Source: a virus. From it: 62,808 bases of DNA. This document shows positions 35,708-44,146 of the stretch, in pieces. The translations under genes were made by a program, and so were the position numbers. The DNA lies in IMG/VR virus record IMGVR_UViG_3300045988_163888, positions 1 to 62,808 of that record. One strand, written 5' to 3'. The stretch's first letter is position 1; the number at the start of each line of letters is the position of its first letter. The notes below the pieces were generated by a model. The model ran no database searches, was not told where the DNA came from, and saw only the letters and a list, made by a program, of their open reading frames with translations.

Positions 35708-36810
35708 TGGCTTTACGCTGTATAAAAGGTTGCTATTACGCCTATTTTAGGGACGTTGACGGGCGGCTCAAGACCCGTACGCTCAAAACCAAAGACCCGG
35801 TAGACGCTATCAGACTGCACGCAGAATACATGTCTTTTGTGCTCAAACGCAAGCAAACGCATGTTATAGTCAAGGACTTCCCCGAGTTCTTCCCGCAGGC
35901 TCATTTAGCTGTAACACCGCTTCCAAAAACCGTTCTTCCCCTCCCTAAGGAGGGGGAACATAGCCGAAACGGTTTGCCGCTCGCAAGCATGATTGATGAA
36001 CTGGAAAAAATTCAGCCATTGCCTGTCACAAGCCGCCGAATCATAGCCAGATTTTTAAAAAGTATGACTGTTAAATACATGGATATGGTAACTCCGGAAA
36101 TGGCACAAAATTACCTAGAACAAAATTTCTCCCACGGGAGAAACTACAAGTCCTACAATAACAATAAGGGCGTGTTAAACAAGGCTTTCCGGCTATTGCT
36201 TGTCAAAGCAAAATTGACGCGCTCTCCGTTCGAGAGTATCGTATCACGCAAGATAAAAAATGTGCTTTCGCATCGTCCGATTACAGCAACAGAGTTCAAG
36301 CGCATTTACCGTGCCGCCAACCTTCCGACGCGCGTCGCCGCCGCTTTAGGCTTTTTCGCCGGAATGGACATATCAACAGCCTTTTCCATACCTTGTAACG
36401 CAATTTACCTTAAAGAGCGCCTGATACGCTGGAAACGCCCTAAATCTGGGCAATGGTTTACATGTGGTATACAGCCGGAATTACTTCAAATCCTTACAGA
36501 GCTTAACTTCCCCGCAGATTCCGAAAAACCGCTCCTAAGCCACTTAAACTCAAAAACAGCCCATTCCGCTGGAGTGGACTACAAAAAGCTTTTCGAAAAA
36601 CTAAAAATTAAAGACACAGAGGAGGGCAAAGCAAGTTTCCATAGCTTCCGCGCATCGTTCTTCACGCGATGCGACGCGGGCAATCTGCACAGACGTACAA
36701 CATCTCTTGCCGGAGGACACAAGAGCGATGCGATGAACGACCTGTACAGCCATGACGTTTCAGCCGCCCACGAGGTCGAAAAATTGCCGAAAATCGGGCT
36801 TTTTTCGTGA
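35707..36810 (+). CDS. int: tyrosine-type site-specific integrase
   Basis: catalytic motifs HSFRASF (HxxR) and LAGGHKSD...NDLYSH (H...Y); GGAGGG RBS. Confidence 0.85.
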   Translation: MALRCIKGCYYAYFRDVDGRLKTRTLKTKDPVDAIRLHAEYMSFVLKRKQTHVIVKDFPEFFPQAHLAVTPLPKTVLPLPKEGEHSRNGLPLASMIDELEKIQPLPVTSRRIIARFLKSMTVKYMDMVTPEMAQNYLEQNFSHGRNYKSYNNNKGVLNKAFRLLLVKAKLTRSPFESIVSRKIKNVLSHRPITATEFKRIYRAANLPTRVAAALGFFAGMDISTAFSIPCNAIYLKERLIRWKRPKSGQWFTCGIQPELLQILTELNFPADSEKPLLSHLNSKTAHSAGVDYKKLFEKLKIKDTEEGKASFHSFRASFFTRCDAGNLHRRTTSLAGGHKSDAMNDLYSHDVSAAHEVEKLPKIGLFS

Positions 36811-36820
36811 CTTGCGGCTG

Positions 36821-36984
36821 TATGTAACTGAGTATGTAAAAATCAATTTTGTAGCGGTTTTAAAAGGTTCGACTCCCTTCACCCGCTCCATTAATTCCAC
36901 TATTTTGAACTCAAACTTGCAAATGAAGCACTTTTTTAAACTGCCTCTCGAGCGTGCTTTTGTATGTAACTTTGTATGTAACTT
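36821..36984. repeat. arm-type repeats TGTATGTAAC (36821, 36962, 36974) and GTATGTAAA (36833) flanking attP core
   Basis: seen directly; flank tRNA-like core immediately downstream of int. Confidence 0.55.
36863..36890 (+). other. attP core: 3' end of a tRNA gene (T-loop GGTTCGACTCC, acceptor CACCCGC, discriminator, CCA)
   Basis: AAGGTTCGACTCCCTTCACCCGCTCCA matches tRNA T-arm plus acceptor 3' strand. Confidence 0.55.
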
Positions 36985-36990
36985 TTCAAG

Positions 36991-37022
36991 CAAAAAACCG
37001 CTTCCCTCCACTAAAGAGGGAA
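36991..37022 (-). terminator. terminator for minus-strand accessory operon (TTCCCTC-N7-GAGGGAA then GCGGUUUUUU on minus RNA)
   Basis: 7-bp stem plus U6 downstream of stop at 37067. Confidence 0.45.
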
Positions 37023-37066
37023 AACGGAAAAATTTTTCAATTTTTTTTGAACAGAGGGGAAATCTT

Positions 37067-37864
37067 TTACTTAAAACGCCCCATCGAATCGCGCGAACGT
37101 CCACGCCGTCCGAACTCATCAATCTCAATACGGGGAAGTTCGCTTCTGCGCCCATCCCGTTCGCCATTGCGAAAGCGTTCACGCTCTTCATAGTCGTAAC
37201 GCCGCGACGGAGAAGAAGAGTAGGAGCGATACGCTCGATTCCGCGATTCATCCCCGCTTTCGCCAAACATGCGCGCATACGTTGAAATCGCGTCAACTTT
37301 CGCCTGATATTCGACCTCTTCAGGGATGTTGTCTGTCAGTCCTTTCATCGCCATTTCGAGCTCGGTAAACTCCTTCACAGCTCCGTAATCCTCGCATTGC
37401 GCGAGTTTCTTGATAAGTGACGCCGCCTCGGTTACAATCAGGCACTTGATTTCATCGTCTGAAAGCTCATGTCCGACTTTTTTGCCGATTTGCTCTTTTG
37501 CCTCACAGATACGCTCATCACCAGCATAACGCGTATAGCGCCGCATTCCAACGCCCGCGCGGTACATATGCGCGCCGTCATAGTACGTGCCGTCTTCGTC
37601 ATAACCGTCGTATCCATACCGCCCGGAATCGTGCCGGAATCGCGAATCTGTGTAATGTGCGCCGGAGTAGCGACTGGATTCGCCGCGCTCCCCGCGTCGC
37701 ATTACTTCATCCGCCATATTCTGCACGATGTAAGAGAGCATTACCCATGACATCTTGTCGGGACTTTCGCTCTTTTTCAGCTCTTCAATAAATGCTTCTT
37801 TATCGTACCGCTCCGGATAGTTTTCACGCTCTCCGGATTTCATCATTTCCGCTTGCTTATCCAT
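37067..37864 (-). CDS. hypothetical low-complexity protein (Arg/Tyr/Asp/Gly-rich termini)
   Basis: RYGYDGYDEDGTYYDGAHMYR and RRYDYEERERFRNGERDGRR segments. Confidence 0.45.
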   Translation of the reverse strand: MDKQAEMMKSGERENYPERYDKEAFIEELKKSESPDKMSWVMLSYIVQNMADEVMRRGERGESSRYSGAHYTDSRFRHDSGRYGYDGYDEDGTYYDGAHMYRAGVGMRRYTRYAGDERICEAKEQIGKKVGHELSDDEIKCLIVTEAASLIKKLAQCEDYGAVKEFTELEMAMKGLTDNIPEEVEYQAKVDAISTYARMFGESGDESRNRAYRSYSSSPSRRYDYEERERFRNGERDGRRSELPRIEIDEFGRRGRSRDSMGRFK

Positions 37865-37917
37865 GATAGATAGCCTTTCTTTTTTGCTTGTTTTGAGTTC
37901 AAAAAGCGGCGTTCAAA

Positions 37918-38235
37918 TCATCGCCCGCCGCCCATAAACATGTTCATCGGGTTAAAGCCGCCCATGCCTCCCATTGGCATTCCGCCGCCCATAAACCGCT
38001 GGAACATCTGTTGCATAAGCCCCTGTGGGTTCTGCCGTGCCTGTTGCATCATGCCTACAAAGTTAGGGTCCCGCATCTGATTATCGAGACTCAAAATGTA
38101 GTTTGCAACCTTTTGGTCTATCCTACTTCCGTTTTTTGCCTCAGGTTCGACGATTTCCATCTTGTAAGACGTGCCATCATCGCCCCCGATAATCTTAATC
38201 GTGGTAAAGCCCTTCTGATTAGCGTTTTCTGCCAT
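37918..38235 (-). CDS. hypothetical protein with GroEL-like Gly-Gly-Met C-terminal tail
   Basis: GGAGG RBS before ATG 38235; ends FMGGGMPMGGMGGFNPMNMFMGGGR. Confidence 0.45.
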   Translation of the reverse strand: MAENANQKGFTTIKIIGGDDGTSYKMEIVEPEAKNGSRIDQKVANYILSLDNQMRDPNFVGMMQQARQNPQGLMQQMFQRFMGGGMPMGGMGGFNPMNMFMGGGR

Positions 38236-38236
38236 T

Positions 38237-38881
38237 TTATTTTCCTCCATTTGAGTTAAAGTTCAAGCCATTCATGCCATTCCCGTTGCCGCCTCCCCTG
38301 CTCAGCATTGGCGGCAATGTATTCGCCGGAGCAAAGCTGGGAGTTTGTATAAAAGGCAGGGGCGGCGCAGGCATTATCGTCGACGTTTGAAACATAGGCG
38401 GTGTGTAGTAAGGTTGCTGGAAAACAGGCTGGAAATAGGGTTGTACGGGCTGTTGATACGCGTTTCCCGCGTTCCCCTGATTCTGCTGTTGTACCGCCTG
38501 CGCTTGCGCGTTATTCACCGCTTGCGCCTGCTGGTTTTTCATAAGCTCCTTGAGTTCGCCTAGACCCGTTTTCAACTCGTTAACTTCGCCAGAAAGCCGC
38601 TTTACAGGGTCTTCAGGCTCCGTTTCTGCGCCCGCATCCGGATACTTTTTGCGTATCTCTGCAATCTCATCCTGCAACGCTTGGAAATGTCGCTGATACG
38701 CCTCGTTTTCAAGTTTAACACGCTCGGAATTGACGCTTTCAGCTGTTGCCGCAGGAACCGGAGTTTCAACCGGATTTTCCGGAATCGGAGCAGGAGTTTC
38801 AACTGCCTGTTCATCCGTCTTTGGCATATCTTCCGGAACCGTCGGTTCCTCAACTTCAACAACTTTCGTTTCTTCGCTCAT
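38237..38881 (-). CDS. hypothetical Pro/Gln-rich low-complexity protein
   Basis: acidic Pro-rich N-terminus, coiled-coil middle, QQPVQPYFQPVFQQPYYTPPMFQ tail. Confidence 0.45.
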   Translation of the reverse strand: MSEETKVVEVEEPTVPEDMPKTDEQAVETPAPIPENPVETPVPAATAESVNSERVKLENEAYQRHFQALQDEIAEIRKKYPDAGAETEPEDPVKRLSGEVNELKTGLGELKELMKNQQAQAVNNAQAQAVQQQNQGNAGNAYQQPVQPYFQPVFQQPYYTPPMFQTSTIMPAPPLPFIQTPSFAPANTLPPMLSRGGGNGNGMNGLNFNSNGGK

Positions 38882-39111
38882 TTTTGGACTTCCCCACGTT
38901 TATTTTTCCTGTTTTCTGCACTATATCCCCGCCCTCCGATTTCTCAAAAAATCGAGTTTTCAAAGTCCGCATACGTTCCCCGATTTTCCAATATTTCAAC
39001 TTTCCAAAATCAGTTTTTATATTTCTCCCTGTAATCGTCGCGGAGCTCCGGAATCCGCGTCTTTTACACTCACTTTTCAACAAAAAACTCTAAAAGACAC
39101 GAGGTAAAATC

Positions 39112-39918
39112 ATGGAAGCAGTTCCGATTTACAACGTCAATCCCGCCGGAAATTCTGGTTTCAACGGATGGGAAGCAATGGCACTTTTGAACAACAACAA
39201 AAACAACGGCGGTTGGGGCGATTGCGGCGGCTTCGGCGGCGGCTGGTGGGCTTGGATTATCCTGCTCTTCTTCGCCTTTGGCGGATGGGGCGGCGGCTTC
39301 GGCGGCTTCGGAAATCGAGCTGGAAACGGTTGCGGCGGTTGCACGTCCGGAATTGGTGCGCTCGGCGCCGACCTTGCAATCACTGACGCAACCAACATCG
39401 CCGAACTCAAAGCGGGTGCAAATTACACATCCCAGACTGTCAACGGCATCAGAAACACGCTCAGCGACCTTCGCTCCAATCTTTTTCAGTCCTTCGCTGA
39501 CACCAACGCGGCAATCACCAACGCCGCGTACCAGAATCAGATCGGACAGCGCGAAATCAGCAACGCAGTTACGAATTCCGCGTATCAGAATCAGCTTGGA
39601 CAGCGCGATATTCAGGCGGCTATTGCCTCCTGTTGCTGTAACACTCAGCAGAGCATTCAGTCTCTTAACGCCAACATTTCCCAGCAGTTTGGACAGCTCA
39701 ACTACAACAACGCCATGCAAAATTGCGAGCTCAAAACCGCGATTGCGGCAGAAGGCGCGGCAACACGTGCCCTCATTCAGGCGCAGTATACAGCTGATGT
39801 TGAGCGCAAACTCGCAGAGGCAAAACAGCAGTTGTTTGTCCTTGAGCGCTTCGGGCAGTACGCCGCCGGAAGCGGATGTGCCGCCGCGGGTCTCAACGGT
39901 AGCAACCCTGCTTGCTGA
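39112..39918 (+). CDS. Gly/Cys/Asn/Gln-rich membrane protein
   Basis: GGWGDCGGFGGGWWAWIILLFFAFGGWGGGFGGFG glycine-zipper TM segment, then AYQNQ(I/L)GQR(E/D)I repeats and several Cys pairs. Confidence 0.5.
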   Translation: MEAVPIYNVNPAGNSGFNGWEAMALLNNNKNNGGWGDCGGFGGGWWAWIILLFFAFGGWGGGFGGFGNRAGNGCGGCTSGIGALGADLAITDATNIAELKAGANYTSQTVNGIRNTLSDLRSNLFQSFADTNAAITNAAYQNQIGQREISNAVTNSAYQNQLGQRDIQAAIASCCCNTQQSIQSLNANISQQFGQLNYNNAMQNCELKTAIAAEGAATRALIQAQYTADVERKLAEAKQQLFVLERFGQYAAGSGCAAAGLNGSNPAC

Positions 39919-39996
39919 CAAACCCGTAAAAACATCCCGTTTCAGCCTCAAAACTGGAACGGGACAACCTAAAAAAACATTTAAGGAGATTTAAAA

Positions 39997-40335
39997 ATGG
40001 CTTGCAGATATGGTTATTTTTGCAGATATGCGCTCGGTGCTCCCGTGGTCGGGACTACCAACGTCATATACTCGCTTCGTTCCACACTTTGCCGTCTCAG
40101 ACAGCAGGATATTTTCATGCTGACAGTCCCGGCAACAACAACTTCCACTCTTTCCCCCGCCGTTCAGCTCTGTAACGGCACGGTGCTCCCCATTGTCTTT
40201 TCAGGATCAAGTGCGGCGGCTGAAGCAAGTGGACTTGTCGGCGAGCGTGTGTATCTAGCCACAATCATTTGCGTCGCGGGTGTTGCAACTCTCAACATCC
40301 TCAACGCCGCAAATCCGGCTACTACTACCACGTAA
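39997..40335 (+). CDS. hypothetical Thr/Ala-rich protein
   Basis: AAGGAGA RBS; 112 aa. Confidence 0.45.
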   Translation: MACRYGYFCRYALGAPVVGTTNVIYSLRSTLCRLRQQDIFMLTVPATTTSTLSPAVQLCNGTVLPIVFSGSSAAAEASGLVGERVYLATIICVAGVATLNILNAANPATTTT

Positions 40336-40429
40336 CCGAAAAATTACACCGGTTTATCCTCCCTTCCTGTTTCCCCGCCCTCAAAAGCGGGGTTTTTAGT
40401 ATCATCCACCAGCCGGAAAGGTCTATAAA

Positions 40430-40885
40430 ATGGCACATCACGATACAGGCGATAACAAGATTTTTGCTTGCTCCCTATACTTTGATACTCTTGCGCGTGA
40501 GTTAGCTGTACCAGTCACCATAGCACGCTCTAGGCAAGGCATGGAGACAGGCGCGGACGCGGTAAGGAGCTGTAAGGCTATCTTTGACACAGGCGCGACA
40601 TCGTCTATGATATCAAGCGACATAGCGCGCGCCTTGCACTTGCAAAGCATCGACACTGCCCTTGTCACTGGTGTGCATGGTACAGAGCGCGTATCTATAT
40701 ATACTATAGATGTACGCTTTAAGGGAGGCTTTACACTCTCTACTCTGCAAGTAGCAGAGGCTGGAGCTGATGCAGGCTTTGACCTGCTGATAGGTATGGA
40801 CGTGATAGCGCGTGGCGCGATGCTTCTGTCATCGCATGACAGGCGCACGCTCTTTGCCTTTTTTTACCCGCAAAATCGTCAATAA
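40430..40885 (+). CDS. retropepsin-like (clan AA) aspartic protease, single domain
   Basis: AIFDTGATSSMIS catalytic motif and FDLLIGMDVIARGAMLL flap/dimer motif (Asp_protease_2 / gag-asp_protease pattern). Confidence 0.7.
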   Translation: MAHHDTGDNKIFACSLYFDTLARELAVPVTIARSRQGMETGADAVRSCKAIFDTGATSSMISSDIARALHLQSIDTALVTGVHGTERVSIYTIDVRFKGGFTLSTLQVAEAGADAGFDLLIGMDVIARGAMLLSSHDRRTLFAFFYPQNRQ

Positions 40886-40960
40886 TCAATAATTGCTATC
40901 AGAAAATCAAGAAAAATTGAGTTCAAAACAAGAAAAATGCAAAAATTTTTATATTTTCGC

Positions 40961-40988
40961 TTGTAAAGTATCAGATATGGTATATATT
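40961..40988 (+). promoter_or_regulatory. promoter TTGTAA-N16-TATATT driving the 41.2-43.0 kb cassette, followed by ~180-nt structured leader
   Basis: same architecture as 13138..13165; leader hairpins GGGCGG-N8-CCGCCC (41061..41080) and GCCCGC-CGGA-GCGGGC (41146..41161). Confidence 0.45.
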
Positions 40989-41176
40989 AAGCACTGTAAC
41001 AGGGAGAGCAACCCTGAGACAAAAAAAGCTCTTTGAAAATTAAGAAAGCGACCCGGGCGGAACCACCCCCGCCCAAAAGCAAACGCGGTTTTAGGTCTTT
41101 ACGCAGAACAACCAACCAAACGACAAAAAAAAGAAAAAAATTACCGCCCGCCGGAGCGGGCAAGAGGGAGAAGAAA

Positions 41177-41377
41177 ATGAAATTTACGGAAGAACGCCTG
41201 TTTGAGATCGCCGAAGAGGAATACGCCACCGCCGGGCTGGATGCCCACAATGAGGGCACAGCCCAGTGGGCGTACGCAAGCGCCGCGCAGGAGTACGCGG
41301 ACGAAGAAGAGGTCCGCGCGGAGTTGCGCGGATTTATTGAGCAGGAAAAGGATTTCGCCCGCGAAATGGGCGAGTGA
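41177..41377 (+). CDS. small acidic protein (66 aa), anti-defense candidate
   Basis: GAGGGAGAAGAAAATG RBS; very acidic (about 25 percent Asp/Glu); first gene after strong promoter, followed by HTH gene. Confidence 0.45.
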   Translation: MKFTEERLFEIAEEEYATAGLDAHNEGTAQWAYASAAQEYADEEEVRAELRGFIEQEKDFAREMGE

Positions 41378-41397
41378 AAAAGAAGGAGAAGACAAGA

Positions 41398-41972
41398 TGA
41401 ACGTCGAAAAGATGATGAGTGAAAAACGCGAAATCATAAGATACCCCTTCAGTCGCGCATACATGCGCGGGATAAGAAAAGGGCTTCGTATGAATTTGAC
41501 GGAGCTGAGCATGGTCATCGAAGAACGCCTGCCCCGGTTTCGCGGATGCAGTTTGTCGGACTTTACGCCGCTCGCAGAGCGGCGCAAGCGCGGCAAGATC
41601 TTTTTTTTCGAAGGGCTTTGCACCGCGCACCGCGCACGCACAAAAAAGGCGGGACCGCGCAAGCGCGTCGTGAGGCACCGCCAGTCGCCAAGGCCCAAGG
41701 TCAAAATCACCCCAGCCCCGCTTGTCCCGGGGGTTGATTACGATGAGAACGCAAAAAGCGTTTCCATCGTGACCAAAGACATGGGGCTCTGCTGGTGTGG
41801 ACCTTGCAGATGCCGCGTCTTTGAGGATGGTACCATACAGTATCATGGTACTACAGAGTGGCAGAGCTCTGACCGCCAGCGCCCGGATTTTGAGGAGAAA
41901 CGCCCTTATCACTCTACGATAAGGGAAGAGGACTACAAAAAAGCCCTTGAACGCCTCAAAAAATCTGAATAA
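41398..41972 (+). CDS. HTH (XRE-like) protein with Cys-rich C-terminal domain, Aca-like candidate
   Basis: AAGGAGAAGACAAGATG RBS; MNLTELSMVIEE...SLSDFTPLAERRKRG HTH-like; CWCGPCRCR. Confidence 0.5.
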
Positions 41973-42417
41973 CCACACCGCCCCGCTTCCGGCGGGGCAA
42001 AAAGGAGAAGAAAAATGGCTAAAAAGACTTGGACTATCACTTACATTGATACCTTCACTTAAAATCGAGGCTGAAAGCCTCGTAAAAGCCCTTGAGAAGG
42101 TGAAACATAAGCTATCCTATGCGAATTTGAAAGGAGTAAGCTTGAACTACGCAGACTTGAGCTGTGCCGACTTAAGAGGTGCAGATTTGAGATACGCGAA
42201 TTTGAGATACGCGAATTTGAGCTACGCGAATTTGAGATACGCGAATTTGAGCTACGCGAATTTGAGCGACGCGAATTTGAGCTACGCGAATTTGAGCTAC
42301 GCGAATTTGAAGGGCGCAGACTTGAACCATGCGGACTTTGAGGGAGCTGGTTTAAGGGGAGCTGAGTTGAAGGGAGCTGACTTGAAAGGGGCAAAGGGAC
42401 TGTCGAGACTAGGCTGA
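41947..42417 (+). CDS. pentapeptide-repeat protein
   Basis: consecutive A(N/D)L(S/R/K)(Y/G) pentapeptides (YANLRYANLSYANLRYANLSYANLSDANLSYANLSYANLKGADL); start codon uncertain (TTG 41947 or TTG 42046). Confidence 0.8.
   Translation: MNASKNLNNHTAPLPAGQKGEEKWLKRLGLSLTLIPSLKIEAESLVKALEKVKHKLSYANLKGVSLNYADLSCADLRGADLRYANLRYANLSYANLRYANLSYANLSDANLSYANLSYANLKGADLNHADFEGAGLRGAELKGADLKGAKGLSRLG
42190..42310 (+). repeat. seven to eight near-perfect tandem copies of 15-bp unit TACGCGAATTTGAG(A/C) inside the pentapeptide-repeat gene
   Basis: seen directly in sequence. Confidence 0.85.
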
Positions 42418-42468
42418 CACTTAACAACAAATCCGGGCGAAAAGCCCGGCGTAAAGAAGGAGAAGAAC

Positions 42469-42753
42469 ATGTGGTACAAACTTGAACAAATCAATTACCC
42501 CAAAACGCGCGCCGACATCATCTCTAGGGCGCGCGAAAACGGTTTTTCGGTCGCAGATAACGACCCTATCTGCGTGTACATAGATTACAGAACGGGCATG
42601 CCGGCCGATCTCATTTTCATAAAAACCGCAAAAGAAGTCATTGAAATGAATGACGATTTTGTACTAAACGGCGATTTGAGCGACTGGCCCGACGAACTAG
42701 AAATCAAAGATTTGACGATGTGGGGGAACCCTCACACAAAAACAAAATATTGA
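42469..42753 (+). CDS. hypothetical protein
   Basis: GAAGGAGAAGAACATG RBS. Confidence 0.45.
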   Translation: MWYKLEQINYPKTRADIISRARENGFSVADNDPICVYIDYRTGMPADLIFIKTAKEVIEMNDDFVLNGDLSDWPDELEIKDLTMWGNPHTKTKY

Positions 42754-42763
42754 GGAGGACAAA

Positions 42764-43057
42764 ATGTATATCTACTGCAACGGAATCAAAACCAACGTGG
42801 AAGGCGACCTCTTCCACGCAAAGGAGGTAGCAGACGCTAACGCCTGCTACAGTCAGTCAGACATATACATCATCGACGATGATGATATGTCGAACTCAAT
42901 CGTGCGCCGCTGGCGCGGTTGCATGGATGGCGTGGAAGAGTGTGAAAACGCTATCCAAATCGGCAATTCCGGATTTTATGAGGGCTGGACTGATTGTACG
43001 CCGCGCGAAGCGGCATCAGTCGCAGAAAGTCCGGTTTTCGAAGAATACAACGAGTAA
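42764..43057 (+). CDS. hypothetical acidic protein
   Basis: GAGGAGGACAAAATG RBS. Confidence 0.45.
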   Translation: MYIYCNGIKTNVEGDLFHAKEVADANACYSQSDIYIIDDDDMSNSIVRRWRGCMDGVEECENAIQIGNSGFYEGWTDCTPREAASVAESPVFEEYNE

Positions 43058-43123
43058 AATCAAAAAAAACACCGCGCCTTTCACAAAAACGGGAGGCTCG
43101 GTTTAAAACTGGAGAAAAAAGCA

Positions 43124-43572
43124 TGAAAGGACAGAAGCTGTACAAAATCGCGTTTACGGAAGATAGCCCCGCGTTCGCCGAGACGGCATATGTGCATCTC
43201 TACAACCTTGCCGGGATGCACGTAATCGGGAACCTGCAGTTTTTCTACTACCGTCAACAGCTCCTTGAAAAGCTATCCTTTGAGGATATCTTCGAGGCAT
43301 CGGGATTAACCTCAGAGGCTTTTTGCAAGGCGCTTGGAGTAAAATACTCAACCTTTACAGCCTACAAAAACGGTCGGCTGATTATCCCGCAGGCACGCAA
43401 GGAGCTTGCGCTGAACATAGCGGAATCCGCCATTGCCGTCCAGCGGAATGGCTTTTTCGTGGAATCGCCGCAGGAAAAAGCTGCAAAAGAAGCCGCAAAA
43501 AAAGAGCTGATAAAAAAAATTGAAAAAAGCTCCGCCGAAGACTTGAAAAAGCTGGAAGCGGTGTTAAATTAA
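43124..43572 (+). CDS. XRE-like HTH protein
   Basis: ASGLTSEAFCKALGVKYSTFTAYKNGRLI HTH. Confidence 0.45.
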
Positions 43573-43682
43573 AGAACAACAAAAATTCTCTTTTTGTTGT
43601 TGCCGAAAGGCTATTGCGACTTTTAGCTTGGAAGAGCGAAAAAGGCAGACAGCCGCCCCCTAAAAAGGGCGGCTTTTCTGTT

Positions 43683-44117
43683 TTAACGCGTCCCTGCGAC
43701 CGCGCGTCCATACTCATGCAACGCCCTGTCAAGCACTCGCAAAAGGTGACAATCAGGCGCGCACTTGGTACAGTCGCCGTGGCAAGCAAAATTTTTGACC
43801 AGCTTTTTAGCTTGGCAATCAGGGCAAATCCCAGACCGCAGAGCGCACTTGTCACACCGCCGCCGACAATGATAGCAAGCAATCTTCCCGCGTTCTGATT
43901 CCCGCTCTTTCCGTTCTCTTTTGAGTGTAAATTTCAGCTTTTCGATGTGCCGCAAAGTGTACAAAAACCGCACGCCGCTTTTCTGCTTTTCGACCGCGTC
44001 CGGAGTGCCTAAGCGCCGCCGCGTGTAGCTGATGCTCTTCAAGCCGAGTAAATCTGCCGCGTTCCGGACGCTGTAAAATTCCCCGTTTTCGGACGTCCCA
44101 ACCATTGTTTCAGCCAT
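43683..44117 (-). CDS. HTH plus Cys-rich zinc-finger regulator
   Basis: N-terminal HTH (YSVRNAADLLGLKSISYTRRRLG) and C-terminal CYHCRRRCDKC...CPDC...CHGDCTKCAPDCH. Confidence 0.45.
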   Translation of the reverse strand: MAETMVGTSENGEFYSVRNAADLLGLKSISYTRRRLGTPDAVEKQKSGVRFLYTLRHIEKLKFTLKRERKERESERGKIACYHCRRRCDKCALRSGICPDCQAKKLVKNFACHGDCTKCAPDCHLLRVLDRALHEYGRAVAGTR

Positions 44118-44146
44118 AAAAAATCCCCTCCCCGTTTTTGATGTTT

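Noticed and set aside
39129-39994. Alternative-frame ORFs (39129..39410 -, 39168..39386 +, 39278..39994 +, 39070..39951 -) over the Gly-rich gene
   Set aside because: GC-rich repetitive coding region yields long ORFs in all frames. Only 39112..39918 has an RBS and coherent TM plus repeat architecture.
41033-41972. TTG-initiated extended ORFs 41033..41377 and 41202..41972 from the ORF track
   Set aside because: Internal ATG codons with strong RBS (41177 and 41398) give more plausible, non-overlapping genes. The TTG extensions run through the structured leader.
42190-42310. Possible CRISPR-like array
   Set aside because: The repeats are contiguous 15-mers with no spacers, and they encode an in-frame pentapeptide repeat. 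Not a CRISPR array. None is present elsewhere.
42059-42430. 123-aa minus ORF with SNSRSSNSR repeats
   Set aside because: Reverse-frame reading of the 15-bp tandem repeats of the pentapeptide-repeat gene.
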